From: an uncultured Gammaproteobacteria bacterium
Lineage (GTDB): Bacteria; Patescibacteriota; Patescibacteriia; Patescibacteriales; UBA12465
Assembly (NCBI GenBank): GCA_964645545.1
Contig: CAZXZR010000002.1
Location: 1 to 51,864, forward strand
Length of the DNA: 51,864 nt
Direction: 5' to 3'
In this document: positions 18,412 to 27,939 of the stretch, one piece after another
How positions within the stretch are numbered: position 1 is the first letter of the stretch
Layout of the letters: the number at the start of each line of letters is the position of its first letter
The notes under the pieces: model-generated
What the model was told of the DNA's origin: nothing
The model's input: the letters and a program-made list of their open reading frames with translations, nothing else
The model's database searches: none
Position numbers and translations under genes: made by a program

Positions 18412-19788
18412 ATGACCAACGAGCAAGTTTGGCAAGCAGTTTTGGGTGAGATTGAAGTCAATTTATCCCGGGCCAATTTTATTACTTGGTTCAAAGACAC
18501 TTTTATTTCTTCGTTTGAAAATGAACGGGTGGTTATTTGCGTGCCCAACGCTTTTGTGAAAAAATGGCTGGAAGAAAAATATCATAAAAATATTTTAAAC
18601 GCCATGGAAAGCGTCAGTAAACAAAAAATCCAGGAGATTATTTATAAAATTGAATTGAAAAAAGGTAATAACACGGCGTTTGAAATCAGCCGGCCGGAAT
18701 TTTCTCCGGAAACAGCGACAAAAAAAGATATAAACGGCCAGGTGGCCATAAACACCAACCGCTTTGGCTTAAACCCGCGCTACTTATTTACCAGCTTCGT
18801 CGTCGGTAAGGGCAACGAATTGGCCCGCGCCGCCTGCTGGGCGGTCGCCAATAATTTAAGTCAAGCCTATAATCCGCTTTTTATTTACGGCGGCGTTGGT
18901 TTGGGCAAAACCCATCTTTTACAAGCGATTGGCAATGAGGTCGCCAAAAAAAACAATAAAATTTTATATACCACCAGCGAAAAATTCACCAATAATTACA
19001 TCCAATCCGTGCAAACGGGCAAAGCCAAAGAATTTAAAAATCTTTACCGCAACGTTGACCTCTTGTTGGTTGATGACGTCCAGTTCATGGGCGGCAAAGA
19101 CGGTACGCAAGAGGAATTTTTTCATACTTTTAACGAGCTCCAGCAAAACGACAAACAAATCGTTTTAACTTCCGACCGGCCGCCGAAGTCTATTCCCGCC
19201 ATTGAAAAACGCCTGATTTCCCGCTTTGAATCGGGCATGGTGGCTGATATCGGCAAACCTGACTTAGAAACGAAAATCGCCATTTTGGAAAAAAAGGCCC
19301 AAGAAAAAAACTACCCGCTGGATAAGGAGATTTTAACTTATATCGCCGAACGTGCGCAAAACAACATCCGCGAGTTGGAGGGCGCCTTGACTAAAGTGAT
19401 CGCCGCCCACCAATTCCGCGGTCTGACCCCAAACCTAGAAAGCGTCAAAGAAATTTTAAATGATTTTGTTTCCAATTTTAAAACTAAATCTTTAAGCCCA
19501 AAAGACATTATTGAGACGGTAGGTAAATTTTATAATGTTTCTTATAAAGAACTGACTGGCAACAGCCGTAAAAAAGAGTTGGTGGTGCCTCGACAAATCG
19601 CCGTCTTTTTAATCCGCGAAGAGTTGAATACTTCTTATCCAACCATCGGCCAGGAACTGGGCGGCCGCGATCACACCACGGCCATGCATGCTTATAATAA
19701 AATCCAGCAAGAAATCAAGCAGAGAGAAAATGAAAAAATAAAACAAGAAATAAACTCCATTCGTCAACTTTTTAGTAGCGCCTATTAA
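18412..19788 (+). CDS. dnaA: Chromosomal replication initiator DnaA
   Basis: Walker A GGVGLGKTHLL, LLVDDVQF, and the C-terminal DNA-binding region GGRDHTTAMHAYNKI. The ATG at 18412 (MTNEQVWQAVL) is preferred over the TTG at 18292. Confidence 0.95.
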   Translation: MTNEQVWQAVLGEIEVNLSRANFITWFKDTFISSFENERVVICVPNAFVKKWLEEKYHKNILNAMESVSKQKIQEIIYKIELKKGNNTAFEISRPEFSPETATKKDINGQVAINTNRFGLNPRYLFTSFVVGKGNELARAACWAVANNLSQAYNPLFIYGGVGLGKTHLLQAIGNEVAKKNNKILYTTSEKFTNNYIQSVQTGKAKEFKNLYRNVDLLLVDDVQFMGGKDGTQEEFFHTFNELQQNDKQIVLTSDRPPKSIPAIEKRLISRFESGMVADIGKPDLETKIAILEKKAQEKNYPLDKEILTYIAERAQNNIRELEGALTKVIAAHQFRGLTPNLESVKEILNDFVSNFKTKSLSPKDIIETVGKFYNVSYKELTGNSRKKELVVPRQIAVFLIREELNTSYPTIGQELGGRDHTTAMHAYNKIQQEIKQRENEKIKQEINSIRQLFSSAY

Positions 19789-20060
19789 TTTCCCGAGCCT
19801 AGTTATGGGGAAAAGCTTGTTAACAGGCTGTGTTTTGAAGGGGAGAAATTTTTAATAAATTGTTAATAAAAAAATAAAAAAGATTTTTATTAACAAACCC
19901 TCAACAGCGATTAACAACTTAGCGTCTTAGTTTTAAACAGGCAAAAAACACAAAAATCCTAACAAACCCCAAGAAACCAAAGAAAATTAAAACTTATCCC
20001 CCGCCTTATTATTACTATTATCTAAATAAAGTAAAATATAATTAATAATTTATAAAACCT
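19789..20060. other. Candidate oriC part 2: dnaA-dnaN intergenic region with repeated TTAACA-type motifs and an AT-rich stretch
   Basis: GTTAACAG (19819-19826), TGTTAATAA (19861), ATTAACAAA (19889), ATTAACAAC (19910), the direct repeat TAACAAACCC (19891-19900 and 19961-19970), and TTATCCCCC (19994-20002). These are followed by a nearly pure A/T stretch at 20006-20060. Confidence 0.5.
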
Positions 20061-21194
20061 ATGCGCTTTATAAGCCTGCAAGAAAATTTAAAACGAAGCC
20101 TGAATATCGTTGGACACATCACGACTAAAAATATTAATTTGCCAATTCTTAATAACATTTTAATTCGGGCGGAAAACGGCAATTTGGAGTTTGTCGGCAC
20201 CAACTTGGAAATCGGTATTATTCAGCAAATGCGTGGTAAGATTGAAAAAGAGGGACAATTTACGGTGAATTCAAAACTAATCACTGAATATGTTAATCTT
20301 TTATCCGGGGGCGAGAAAGTGAAGGTGGAAGAAAAGGACGGCGAATTAAAAGTGGAGTGCGGCAACTATAAGACTAAAATTAAGGGTGAGTTGGCCAAAG
20401 AATTCCCGCTTATTCCCACTATTCCCAAGGTCAATTATTATAGTTGTCAGGTAAATGATTTGCGCCAAGCCCTAAATAGCGTCGTTTTTGCCGTTTCCAC
20501 CAGTGAAAACCGAATTGAGTTGACCGGCATTTTATTTTCTTTTAATAAAAATAAATTAAGCTTGGCGGCGACCGACAGTTATCGTTTGGCAGAAAAAGAA
20601 ATTGCCGTTAAGAGCAACGCCCAAGCGGCTGAGCAGAAAATTATCGTGCCAGCCAAAACCGTCCAAGAACTTTTACGTGTGTTGAATAATTTTGAGATTG
20701 GTGAAGCCGTGGGCGGAGAGCCGGAAATTAAATTTTATTTGGCGGAAAATCAAATTTTGTTTACCGTTGATTCGGTGGACTTAATTTCTCGCCTGATTAA
20801 CGGTCATTATCCGGACTATAAACAAATTATTCCCAGCAAAACGCAAACCGAGGTTTTGACGGACCGCACCGAGCTTATTCGGGCCGTTAAAGCCGCCGCC
20901 CTGTTTTCCAAAACCGGCATTAATGACATTAATTTACAATTTTTCAAAGAAAAAATCAGAGTTTCCGCCTCCTCGGGGGCCGGCGGTGAAAGCCAGGCTG
21001 ATTTAGCGGCGGTAACGCGCGGGCCGGATCCGGATAATGAAATTAGCATTAATTATCGCTATCTTTTAGATGGTTTGAATAACGTTGAGGGCGAACGGGT
21101 GAAAATTAGTTTGGTTAATAACGCCACGCCCTGCGTCTTAAGGCCGGAAAAAGATAATAACTATCTCTATATTGTTATGCCCATAAGACAATAA
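20061..21194 (+). CDS. dnaN: DNA polymerase III beta subunit (sliding clamp)
   Basis: 377 aa, three-domain clamp pattern, position after dnaA. Motifs LAATDSYRLA and INGHYPDYKQIIP. Confidence 0.93.
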   Translation: MRFISLQENLKRSLNIVGHITTKNINLPILNNILIRAENGNLEFVGTNLEIGIIQQMRGKIEKEGQFTVNSKLITEYVNLLSGGEKVKVEEKDGELKVECGNYKTKIKGELAKEFPLIPTIPKVNYYSCQVNDLRQALNSVVFAVSTSENRIELTGILFSFNKNKLSLAATDSYRLAEKEIAVKSNAQAAEQKIIVPAKTVQELLRVLNNFEIGEAVGGEPEIKFYLAENQILFTVDSVDLISRLINGHYPDYKQIIPSKTQTEVLTDRTELIRAVKAAALFSKTGINDINLQFFKEKIRVSASSGAGGESQADLAAVTRGPDPDNEISINYRYLLDGLNNVEGERVKISLVNNATPCVLRPEKDNNYLYIVMPIRQ

Positions 21195-21296
21195 GTTTTA
21201 ATGAGAGTTTTGGCCTCGTAGATTTAAACTAGGTAGAAAAAATTAAACCCCCGTCTTTAAGCGGTGGTTTTTTGAGCGATTTTAATTAGCTTAGTT

Positions 21297-24155
21297 TTAT
21301 TGACCACTTACCAATAAAGGGATGGCGGCGCTTTTTATAGTATCGCCGTTCCAATCGTAAAGTTCGACGTAAAGATTATAAGCGCCGCTATCGGGCGGCG
21401 TGCTCCAAACCGCCTCCGGTTGATTGCCGGAGAAGACTGTTAAGCTGTCCACAAGTGCGATCGCCTTAGTTTTAGTATTTTGAACATAAACATCTATTTT
21501 CGCCGTGCGCGCCGGCTGGCTGATTTGCAGTTTTATGGGCAAGGGAAAATCAATGGCGTTTAAAGCTAAACTACCGGCCGGATAAGTTATGAGCAAAGAA
21601 TTTTTTGCGTTGCTAATGGAATTATTGTTTATAAGTAGATTGAAGTTAAGGCTGGCCTCGCCGCAGTTGGCCGCGTCATCGCAAACCCTGACCTTAAGAG
21701 CTTGGTAGCCATTAGGCAGGAAATCAATGGCTTTAGTCAAGGGCGTCGGCGCGCCGCCCTTAGTCGTCCAAAGATTATTATTAAGATAGTATTCGGTTTG
21801 GCTTATGCCGCGCGGAGCCGAGGCGGTGATGTTAACCGTTAAAAAAGGAGTGGTGATAGTTTCGTTGGCCGAAGGCGAATCAATTTTTAGACTGGGTTTG
21901 TTTTCCGGCCGATTGTTCTCGCCGTAGCCGGGCGGCAAAATCACCGTTGACGAAGTGGCGTTTTCCGCAACCCACTTCTCTACTCCCGCCTCCCATAGAG
22001 CGAATTGCGGATCTTGATTGGGGTCGGTCGGCGGCGGTCCGAGGGGATCGTTTTTGTCCACATAGTATAAAATGCTGTGATAAATATTAATAGTCCGATC
22101 CTCAATCAGTTCCGGGGGCGTGACGGCGGTGGCCAATTGACCCGTGCTTTTGTCCACAGCCACGGTTTCCGTCGGCATTTGGCCGTCAATAATCGGTTTA
22201 CCGCTTAAGTAATCGTCGGGTGCTTTAAAGGTTTCTATGGGCGTGTCGCCCAAAACTTTGGCCATAAAATCATGCCAAATCGGTGCGGCTAAGACACTGC
22301 CGTCCGCCTTGCCTTTCATGGCGGCGTTGTCATTGTTGCCTACCCAAACACCGGCGACCAAAGACGGGGTGTAGCCGATAGTCCAGGCGTCGTGGAAATC
22401 GTTGGTGGTGCCGGTTTTGGCGCCGACCGGGCGATCGCCCAGAGTCAGATAATTTTGGGCTCCGAAAATGAAGGCGCGGGCGTCGTTATCGGTTAAAACG
22501 CTATTTATTTCTCGGGCGATTTGTGAATCCAAGGCTTTTTTGCTGGCCGGCTGGTATTCCTCAATGATCTTGCCGTCTTTGTCCTCAACTTTCAAAATGC
22601 CGGTTACCGAACTGATTTCACCGTCGCGGGCGAAAGCGCTGTAGGCATTGGTATGTTCCAGAAGCTCCACTTCGCCGCCGCCTAAAACCAAAGATAGGCC
22701 GAAGCGGTTGCGCGGGTAGAGGGTGCTATAACCGAGACTATCGGCCAAATTAAGAACGTTGTTAATGTCGGCCAGATAAATAGCTTTGACGGCTGGGATG
22801 TTTAAGGAGCCGGCTAAGGCCTGACGAATGCTTACTGGTCCGTGTTCTTTACCGTCGTAATCATTAGGAGAGTAAGGATTGGCCGGATCTGTGGAAAAAT
22901 CCGTTTTAACGTCATATAAAATCGTGTTGGGCGTATAACCTTTTTCAAACAGGGCCGCGTAAACTACGGGTTTCATAGATGAACCGGGTTGGCGCGGCCG
23001 AGTACTGACGTTAACTTGGCCGTCAATGGAATTGTCAAAGTAATCGCGCGAGCCGACCATAGCCAGAATTTGCCCGGTTTTAGGATCAATGGCGACCAGA
23101 GCGGCGTTATTGGCGTTATATTTCTGCGGATAATCTTTGCTGCGTTCTTTAATGACCTCTTCGGCGACTTGTTGTTTGTAGAGATCTAAAGTCGTATAAA
23201 TTTTTAAACCTTCTTGTTCAATCATTTTTTCTCCGTATTTTTCCGCCAAGATGCTTTTAATGTACATGACGAAATGCGGGGCGACGATGTCGGTTTCCGG
23301 TCCCTGGAATTTTATTTCCTCTTTTTGGGCGGCGTCGCGCTCGTCAGTGGAAATGTAGTCTTGTTCAGCCATCAGCTCTAAGACATAATCCTTGCGGCTT
23401 AATAAGGCGTTCTTGTTGTCGCCGTAAGGGGAGTAGAAGGAGGGCGCTTGCGTCATGGCCGCCAAGGCGGCCGCCTCCGCCAGGTCAAGATTTTGCACGT
23501 CCTGGCCGAAATATTTTTGGCTGGCCGCTTCCACGCCGTAGGCGTTGGAACCGTAGGGAATTTCATTTAAGTAAAGCTGGAGAATTTGGTCTTTAGAAAA
23601 TTTTTTTTCCAGGCGGTAAGCAAGTACGACCTCTTTTATCTTTCTGGTGATGCTTTTCTCCGGCGTTAAGACCGCGTTTTTAATGAATTGCTGGGTGAGC
23701 GTGGAGCCGCCGGCGCGCCGATTAAAGAGAACGTCGGTAATGGCCGAGCGGATCATGGCCCAAACGCTGAAACCGCCATGCTTGTAGAAGTTTTTATCTT
23801 CAATGGCGATGGTCGCTTCTTTAACGAAGTCAGGAATTTCGTTTAAAGGTACGAGGGTGCGTCTTTGTTCGCCACTGATTTCGTATAAGACGTGTTCGCC
23901 GGTACGATCGTAAATTTTGGTGCTTTGCGCCACCTCTCGGTTCATCAATTGATTCGGATTAGGCAAATTGCGCGATAAAGCGGCGATATAAATTGAGCCA
24001 AAAATAAACAAAAAAATCGCCGCGACAACAATGGTTAAGAATAATTTTTTCACTAATTTTTTTTTCTTTTTCGGGCGAGAAGGGCGATGATGGTAGGCTT
24101 TCACGTTGTCTCGCCAGGTGCCCATTTGGCGGCGGCGCCAGGCAGGAATAGGCAT
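21297..24155 (-). CDS. Class A penicillin-binding protein (glycosyltransferase plus transpeptidase) with a ~300-aa C-terminal extension
   Basis: GT51 motifs EDKNFYKHGG and GSTLTQQ. Transpeptidase motifs SSMKP (SxxK), SLN and KTGTT. N-terminal TM anchor. Confidence 0.9.
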   Translation of the reverse strand: MPIPAWRRRQMGTWRDNVKAYHHRPSRPKKKKKLVKKLFLTIVVAAIFLFIFGSIYIAALSRNLPNPNQLMNREVAQSTKIYDRTGEHVLYEISGEQRRTLVPLNEIPDFVKEATIAIEDKNFYKHGGFSVWAMIRSAITDVLFNRRAGGSTLTQQFIKNAVLTPEKSITRKIKEVVLAYRLEKKFSKDQILQLYLNEIPYGSNAYGVEAASQKYFGQDVQNLDLAEAAALAAMTQAPSFYSPYGDNKNALLSRKDYVLELMAEQDYISTDERDAAQKEEIKFQGPETDIVAPHFVMYIKSILAEKYGEKMIEQEGLKIYTTLDLYKQQVAEEVIKERSKDYPQKYNANNAALVAIDPKTGQILAMVGSRDYFDNSIDGQVNVSTRPRQPGSSMKPVVYAALFEKGYTPNTILYDVKTDFSTDPANPYSPNDYDGKEHGPVSIRQALAGSLNIPAVKAIYLADINNVLNLADSLGYSTLYPRNRFGLSLVLGGGEVELLEHTNAYSAFARDGEISSVTGILKVEDKDGKIIEEYQPASKKALDSQIAREINSVLTDNDARAFIFGAQNYLTLGDRPVGAKTGTTNDFHDAWTIGYTPSLVAGVWVGNNDNAAMKGKADGSVLAAPIWHDFMAKVLGDTPIETFKAPDDYLSGKPIIDGQMPTETVAVDKSTGQLATAVTPPELIEDRTINIYHSILYYVDKNDPLGPPPTDPNQDPQFALWEAGVEKWVAENATSSTVILPPGYGENNRPENKPSLKIDSPSANETITTPFLTVNITASAPRGISQTEYYLNNNLWTTKGGAPTPLTKAIDFLPNGYQALKVRVCDDAANCGEASLNFNLLINNNSISNAKNSLLITYPAGSLALNAIDFPLPIKLQISQPARTAKIDVYVQNTKTKAIALVDSLTVFSGNQPEAVWSTPPDSGAYNLYVELYDWNGDTIKSAAIPLLVSGQ

Positions 24156-24287
24156 ACAAGGAGGAAAAATTATTTAAGAATTATATGAATTTATTATAAC
24201 AAATTATGGAAGTTTTTAGAATTTCATCATTTTAAGCATTTAGTATATAATAATAGCATGCTTTTAGCAAGGTTTTAATTAGGATTT

Positions 24288-25106
24288 ATGAGTATTAGTC
24301 AGGGGCCGGTTATAAGCAGTTTGGCTAATGAAAAAATAAAAGTTGTCTTGAGGCTCGCCAAGGCGGGCGCAAGAAAGAAGCGAAGCCTTATCATTATTGA
24401 CGGCGAAAGGGAAATAAGCGCGGCCGCCAAAGCAGGTCTGGAAATTCCATCTTTGTTTTACTGCCCGACTTTTTCCAATTTGGCCGACGCCGCCGTCAGA
24501 AAAAATTTTTATACTCTTGGGGCGAAAATTAACGAAGTCAGTCCGGCCGTGTTTAAGAAAATTTGCTATAAGGAAAAACCGGACGGCTTTCTCGCTTTGG
24601 CGCGGCCTAAGTTTTTAACTTTAAAGGACTTGTCTTTAGGGGAAAAGCCGCTGGTGATCATTTTAGAAAACGTGGAGAAGCCCGGTAATCTGGGCGCGAT
24701 TTTAAGAACCGCTTATGCCGCCCAAGTAGGGGCCGTTATTATTAACGAAGAGCAAACTGACATTTACAATCCTAACGTCATTCGCGCCAGCGAAGGCCTG
24801 GTTTTTCTCCAGCCCTTGGTCGTTAGCGGCCGCGAGGAAACGCTTAAATGGTTAAAGATCAATAAGATTAAAAGCTTGGCGGCTTCAACCGGCGGCCGGA
24901 AAAATTATTGGCAGGCCGATTTGTCCGGCCCGGCGGCGATTATTCTGGGCACCGAGGCGGCCGGTTTAAGCCCGGCCTGGCTGAAAGCGGCCGACGAGGC
25001 GATAAAAATTCCCATGCGCTCCGGCTTGGATTCGTTGAACGTTTCCGTGGCCGCGGCCTTAATCGTTTTTGAAGCCAAGCGGCAAAGGCGTTCGGCGACC
25101 AGCTAA
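24288..25106 (+). CDS. TrmH/SpoU-family RNA 2'-O-methyltransferase
   Basis: 272 aa. SpoU motifs LENVEKPGNLGAILRTA, NPNVIRASEG and LNVSVAAALIVFE. Confidence 0.85.
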   Translation: MSISQGPVISSLANEKIKVVLRLAKAGARKKRSLIIIDGEREISAAAKAGLEIPSLFYCPTFSNLADAAVRKNFYTLGAKINEVSPAVFKKICYKEKPDGFLALARPKFLTLKDLSLGEKPLVIILENVEKPGNLGAILRTAYAAQVGAVIINEEQTDIYNPNVIRASEGLVFLQPLVVSGREETLKWLKINKIKSLAASTGGRKNYWQADLSGPAAIILGTEAAGLSPAWLKAADEAIKIPMRSGLDSLNVSVAAALIVFEAKRQRRSATS

Positions 25107-25125
25107 ATTTTTGGCCGTGAAGTTA

Positions 25126-25154
25126 TTGACAAAAAGATGTTTTATTACTAATAT
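25126..25154 (+). promoter_or_regulatory. Sigma70-like promoter upstream of the tRNA-Arg/tRNA-His pair
   Basis: TTGACA (25126-25131), 17-nt spacer, TAATAT (25149-25154). Confidence 0.45.
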
Positions 25155-25198
25155 AAAGCAATAACGCGCCGGGGCCTTAAGAAAAAGCGCGTTTAGCC

Positions 25199-25270
25199 GC
25201 GCCCGTAGTTCAACGGATAGAACGGGAGCCTTCTAAGCTCTAGATGAGGGTTCGACCCCCCCCGGGCGCA
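25199..25270 (+). tRNA. tRNA-Arg (anticodon UCU)
   Basis: Acceptor GCGCCCG/CGGGCGC, D arm GTTC-AACGGATA-GAAC, anticodon stem GGAGC/GCTCT with loop CTTCTAA, T arm GAGGG-TTCGACC-CCCCC (one A-C mismatch), discriminator A. No CCA. Confidence 0.8.
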
Positions 25271-25293
25271 CGTTTTGGTGGTATATAAATAAT

Positions 25294-25370
25294 GGTGAGT
25301 GTAGCTCAGCTGGTAGAGCGCCGGATTGTGGCTCCGGTGGTCGTGGGTTCGATCCCCATCACTCACCCCA
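25294..25370 (+). tRNA. tRNA-His (anticodon GUG) with genome-encoded G-1 and CCA
   Basis: G-1 plus acceptor GTGAGTG/CACTCAC, C73 opposite G-1, anticodon loop TTGTGGC, T arm GTGGG-TTCGATC-CCCAT, then CCA. Confidence 0.85.
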
Positions 25371-25382
25371 TTAGTTTATTTT

Positions 25383-27218
25383 ATGTGCGGCATCATCGGG
25401 TATTTGGGCCAACGGCCGGCTAAAGACATTCTTTTGGACGGCTTGAAAAAATTGGAATACCGAGGCTATGACAGCGCCGGTGTTTGTCTTTTAGAAAAGG
25501 GCAAATTCGTCAGCCGCAAGCAGGCCGGGCCGGTGGCGCGGCTGGCGAAGGAGGCGCGCGACCTATCCTTAATCGCGACCACGGGCCTGGCGCACACGCG
25601 CTGGGCCACGCACGGCGTCCCCAATGAGAAAAACGCCCATCCCCATTTTGATTGCCGGCAGGAAATTGCCGTCATTCATAACGGCATTATTGAAAATTAC
25701 CAGGCCTTGAAGAGAATCCTTCTTAAGAAGGGTCATCACTTTGTTTCCGATACCGACAGCGAAGTTCTAGCACATTTGATTGAAAAATTTTACCGGGGAA
25801 ATTTGGAAAAAGCCGTGGCCAAAGCCCTGACTTTAGTGGAAGGTTCTTACGGCCTGGTGGTTTTGGGCCGGAAGGAGAACAAGCTGGTGGCCACCCGCCA
25901 AAGTTCGCCGCTTATCATCGGGCTAGGTAAAGGCGAAACTTTTGTTGCTTCCGATATCACCGCTTTACTCAAGCATACGCGTCGGGTCGTTTATCTCAAA
26001 GATAAGGACTTGGCGGTTATAGACAAAAAAGGTTGCCGTTTTCAGACTTTGTCCGGGCGTCTGGCCGACCGCCAAGTGGAAAAGGTTAAATTAAGTGTTA
26101 GCCAGATAGAGAAAAAAAGTTTCAAGCATTTCATGCTCAAAGAAATTTTTGAACAGCCGGACAGCCTAGCTAACGTTTTAAGTGGTCGTCTCAAGAATGG
26201 ACGGATAAAATTAAGCTTGAAATTAAATTGGCCATTAAAGAGAATTATTATTGTCGCTTGCGGCACAAGTTGGCATTCGGCCTTGATTGGTAAGTACTTA
26301 ATAGAAGATATCGTTCGTTTACCCGTGGAAGTAGATTATGCCTCCGAATTTCGTTATCGTCGACCCCTCGTCGGCCCGCAAGATCTCTTAATCGCCGTTT
26401 CCCAGTCGGGCGAAACCGCTGACACCTTGGCGGCCTTAAGGGAAGCGAAAAAACAAGGAGGGCAAAGTCTAGGCATTATCAACGTGGTCGGTTCCACTAT
26501 AAGTCGGGAGGTGGATTCCGGCATTTATCTGCATGCCGGTCCGGAAATCGGCGTGGCCAGCACCAAGGCCTTTACCGCCCAAGTGGCCGCCCTTTTGCTT
26601 TTTGCCCTTTATTTAAAAGAACATTTGTTTATTAAAGCGAAAGGGAAGGCTAGGGCGACTTACAAAAACCCGGCGGCTGGGGAAAAATTAGAGACCGCTT
26701 TAAAGGATTTGCCGAAACTAGCAGCTAAAGCTCTGGACGGCGCCAAAAGCGTCAGAGCCCTGGCGAAGAAATTCAAAGGGACGACCAATTTCCTCTATTT
26801 GGGTCGTGGCTTGAACTTCCCCGTCGCTTTGGAGGGCGCTTTGAAGCTGAAAGAAATTTCCTATATTCACGCCGAAGGCTATCCGGCCGCCGAAATCAAG
26901 CATGGCCCCATTGCCCTTATTGACGCCAATATGCCGGTGGTTTTTGTGGCCACGAAAAACGACCTGAGCGCCAAAATAATCAGTAATATTCAAGAAGTGA
27001 AAGCGCGCGGCGGCCAGATTATCGCCTTGGTGGACAGAGATTATAACGAGATTAAGCGTTTGGCGGACTATTTAATAAAAGTGCCGTCGACCCACCCCTA
27101 TTTGGCGCCGATAATTAACGTTATTCCTTTACAGCTTTTAGCTTATTACATCGCCGATTACAAAGGTTTGGACGTGGATAAACCGCGCAACTTAGCTAAA
27201 TCGGTGACCGTGGAATAG
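25383..27218 (+). CDS. glmS: Glutamine--fructose-6-phosphate aminotransferase
   Basis: Starts MCGIIGY (N-terminal Cys nucleophile) and has two SIS domains (SQSGETADT). The listed start 25326 would overlap tRNA-His and is rejected. Confidence 0.95.
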   Translation: MCGIIGYLGQRPAKDILLDGLKKLEYRGYDSAGVCLLEKGKFVSRKQAGPVARLAKEARDLSLIATTGLAHTRWATHGVPNEKNAHPHFDCRQEIAVIHNGIIENYQALKRILLKKGHHFVSDTDSEVLAHLIEKFYRGNLEKAVAKALTLVEGSYGLVVLGRKENKLVATRQSSPLIIGLGKGETFVASDITALLKHTRRVVYLKDKDLAVIDKKGCRFQTLSGRLADRQVEKVKLSVSQIEKKSFKHFMLKEIFEQPDSLANVLSGRLKNGRIKLSLKLNWPLKRIIIVACGTSWHSALIGKYLIEDIVRLPVEVDYASEFRYRRPLVGPQDLLIAVSQSGETADTLAALREAKKQGGQSLGIINVVGSTISREVDSGIYLHAGPEIGVASTKAFTAQVAALLLFALYLKEHLFIKAKGKARATYKNPAAGEKLETALKDLPKLAAKALDGAKSVRALAKKFKGTTNFLYLGRGLNFPVALEGALKLKEISYIHAEGYPAAEIKHGPIALIDANMPVVFVATKNDLSAKIISNIQEVKARGGQIIALVDRDYNEIKRLADYLIKVPSTHPYLAPIINVIPLQLLAYYIADYKGLDVDKPRNLAKSVTVE

Positions 27219-27242
27219 GTGGCCGGAAGCGGGGAGAAAACT

Positions 27243-27380
27243 ATGAAAAATTACGCTAAGGTCGGCAAGCGCCCCGGCCGGCCGGCTTACCGCACGCCGG
27301 CGCCGTTTCGCTACCGCCAATATAAACAAACAGAGAAAATGAAGGCCGGTTCGGGCCGTGAGCGCGGAAAGAAAATTTGA
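27243..27380 (+). CDS. Possible small, very basic protein (45 aa)
   Basis: Hand translation gives MKNYAKVGKRPGRPAYRTPAPFRYRQYKQTEKMKAGSGRERGKKI. GGGGAG lies 6 nt upstream of the ATG. No homology known to me. Confidence 0.3.
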   Translation: MKNYAKVGKRPGRPAYRTPAPFRYRQYKQTEKMKAGSGRERGKKI

Positions 27381-27428
27381 TTTTATTAAAATGGGTGATT
27401 TGCTATAATTTAAAGAGAGACAGAAAAT

Positions 27429-27886
27429 ATGCTTAAGAGGAAAAAGCGGAAAACCCCGCCGTCAATTTTTTTCAACACGGATTTTTTAATTGATGATTTT
27501 AAATTCTGGCGTTACTTGATTAATATTTGGACGTTTTTGTTTTTAGCCTTCATAATTACGATTTTTTAACCGATAATTCGGTGGGCAGCGTTTTAAACGC
27601 CTTAGCCACGATTTATATCGGCGCTTTGGCTATTTACGTCAGCAACAAGGAATTTGAACGTTGGTACCATCGCCACCGCGGCCAGCATCCGGGGGAAATA
27701 TTTGTTTTGATTTGGTCGGCCCTAGTTTTTGTTTTGATTATCGGCGACTTAGCTTGGGAAAATAACTATGAACTGCCCAACGCCGTTATTTCTTCCTATA
27801 TCGCCGTCTTAACCATTTTGGCGGTCACGAAAAAATCCAAGCAAATGTATTTAGCCCGGCAGGTAAAAAGTAAGGTTAGGCGCTAA
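27429..27886 (+). CDS. Membrane protein split into two frames at a T-run (46-aa ATG ORF 27429..27569, plus 119-aa ATG-less ORF 27527..27886)
   Basis: ORF1 (MLKRKKRKTPPSIFFNTDFLIDDFKFWRYLINIWTFLFLAFIITIF) stops at 27567. The downstream ORF has no ATG and is in the -1 frame. Both parts are hydrophobic. Confidence 0.4.
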
Positions 27887-27939
27887 GGGGGAAATAATGA
27901 TTTTAAAACAATAAATTAAAATAATTAAATTTTAAATTT

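Noticed and set aside
25326-25382. Upstream extension of glmS (MWLRWSWVRSPSLTPLVYF)
   Set aside because: The extension is simply a translation of tRNA-His. GlmS must begin with Met-Cys (MCGIIGY) because Cys is the N-terminal nucleophile.
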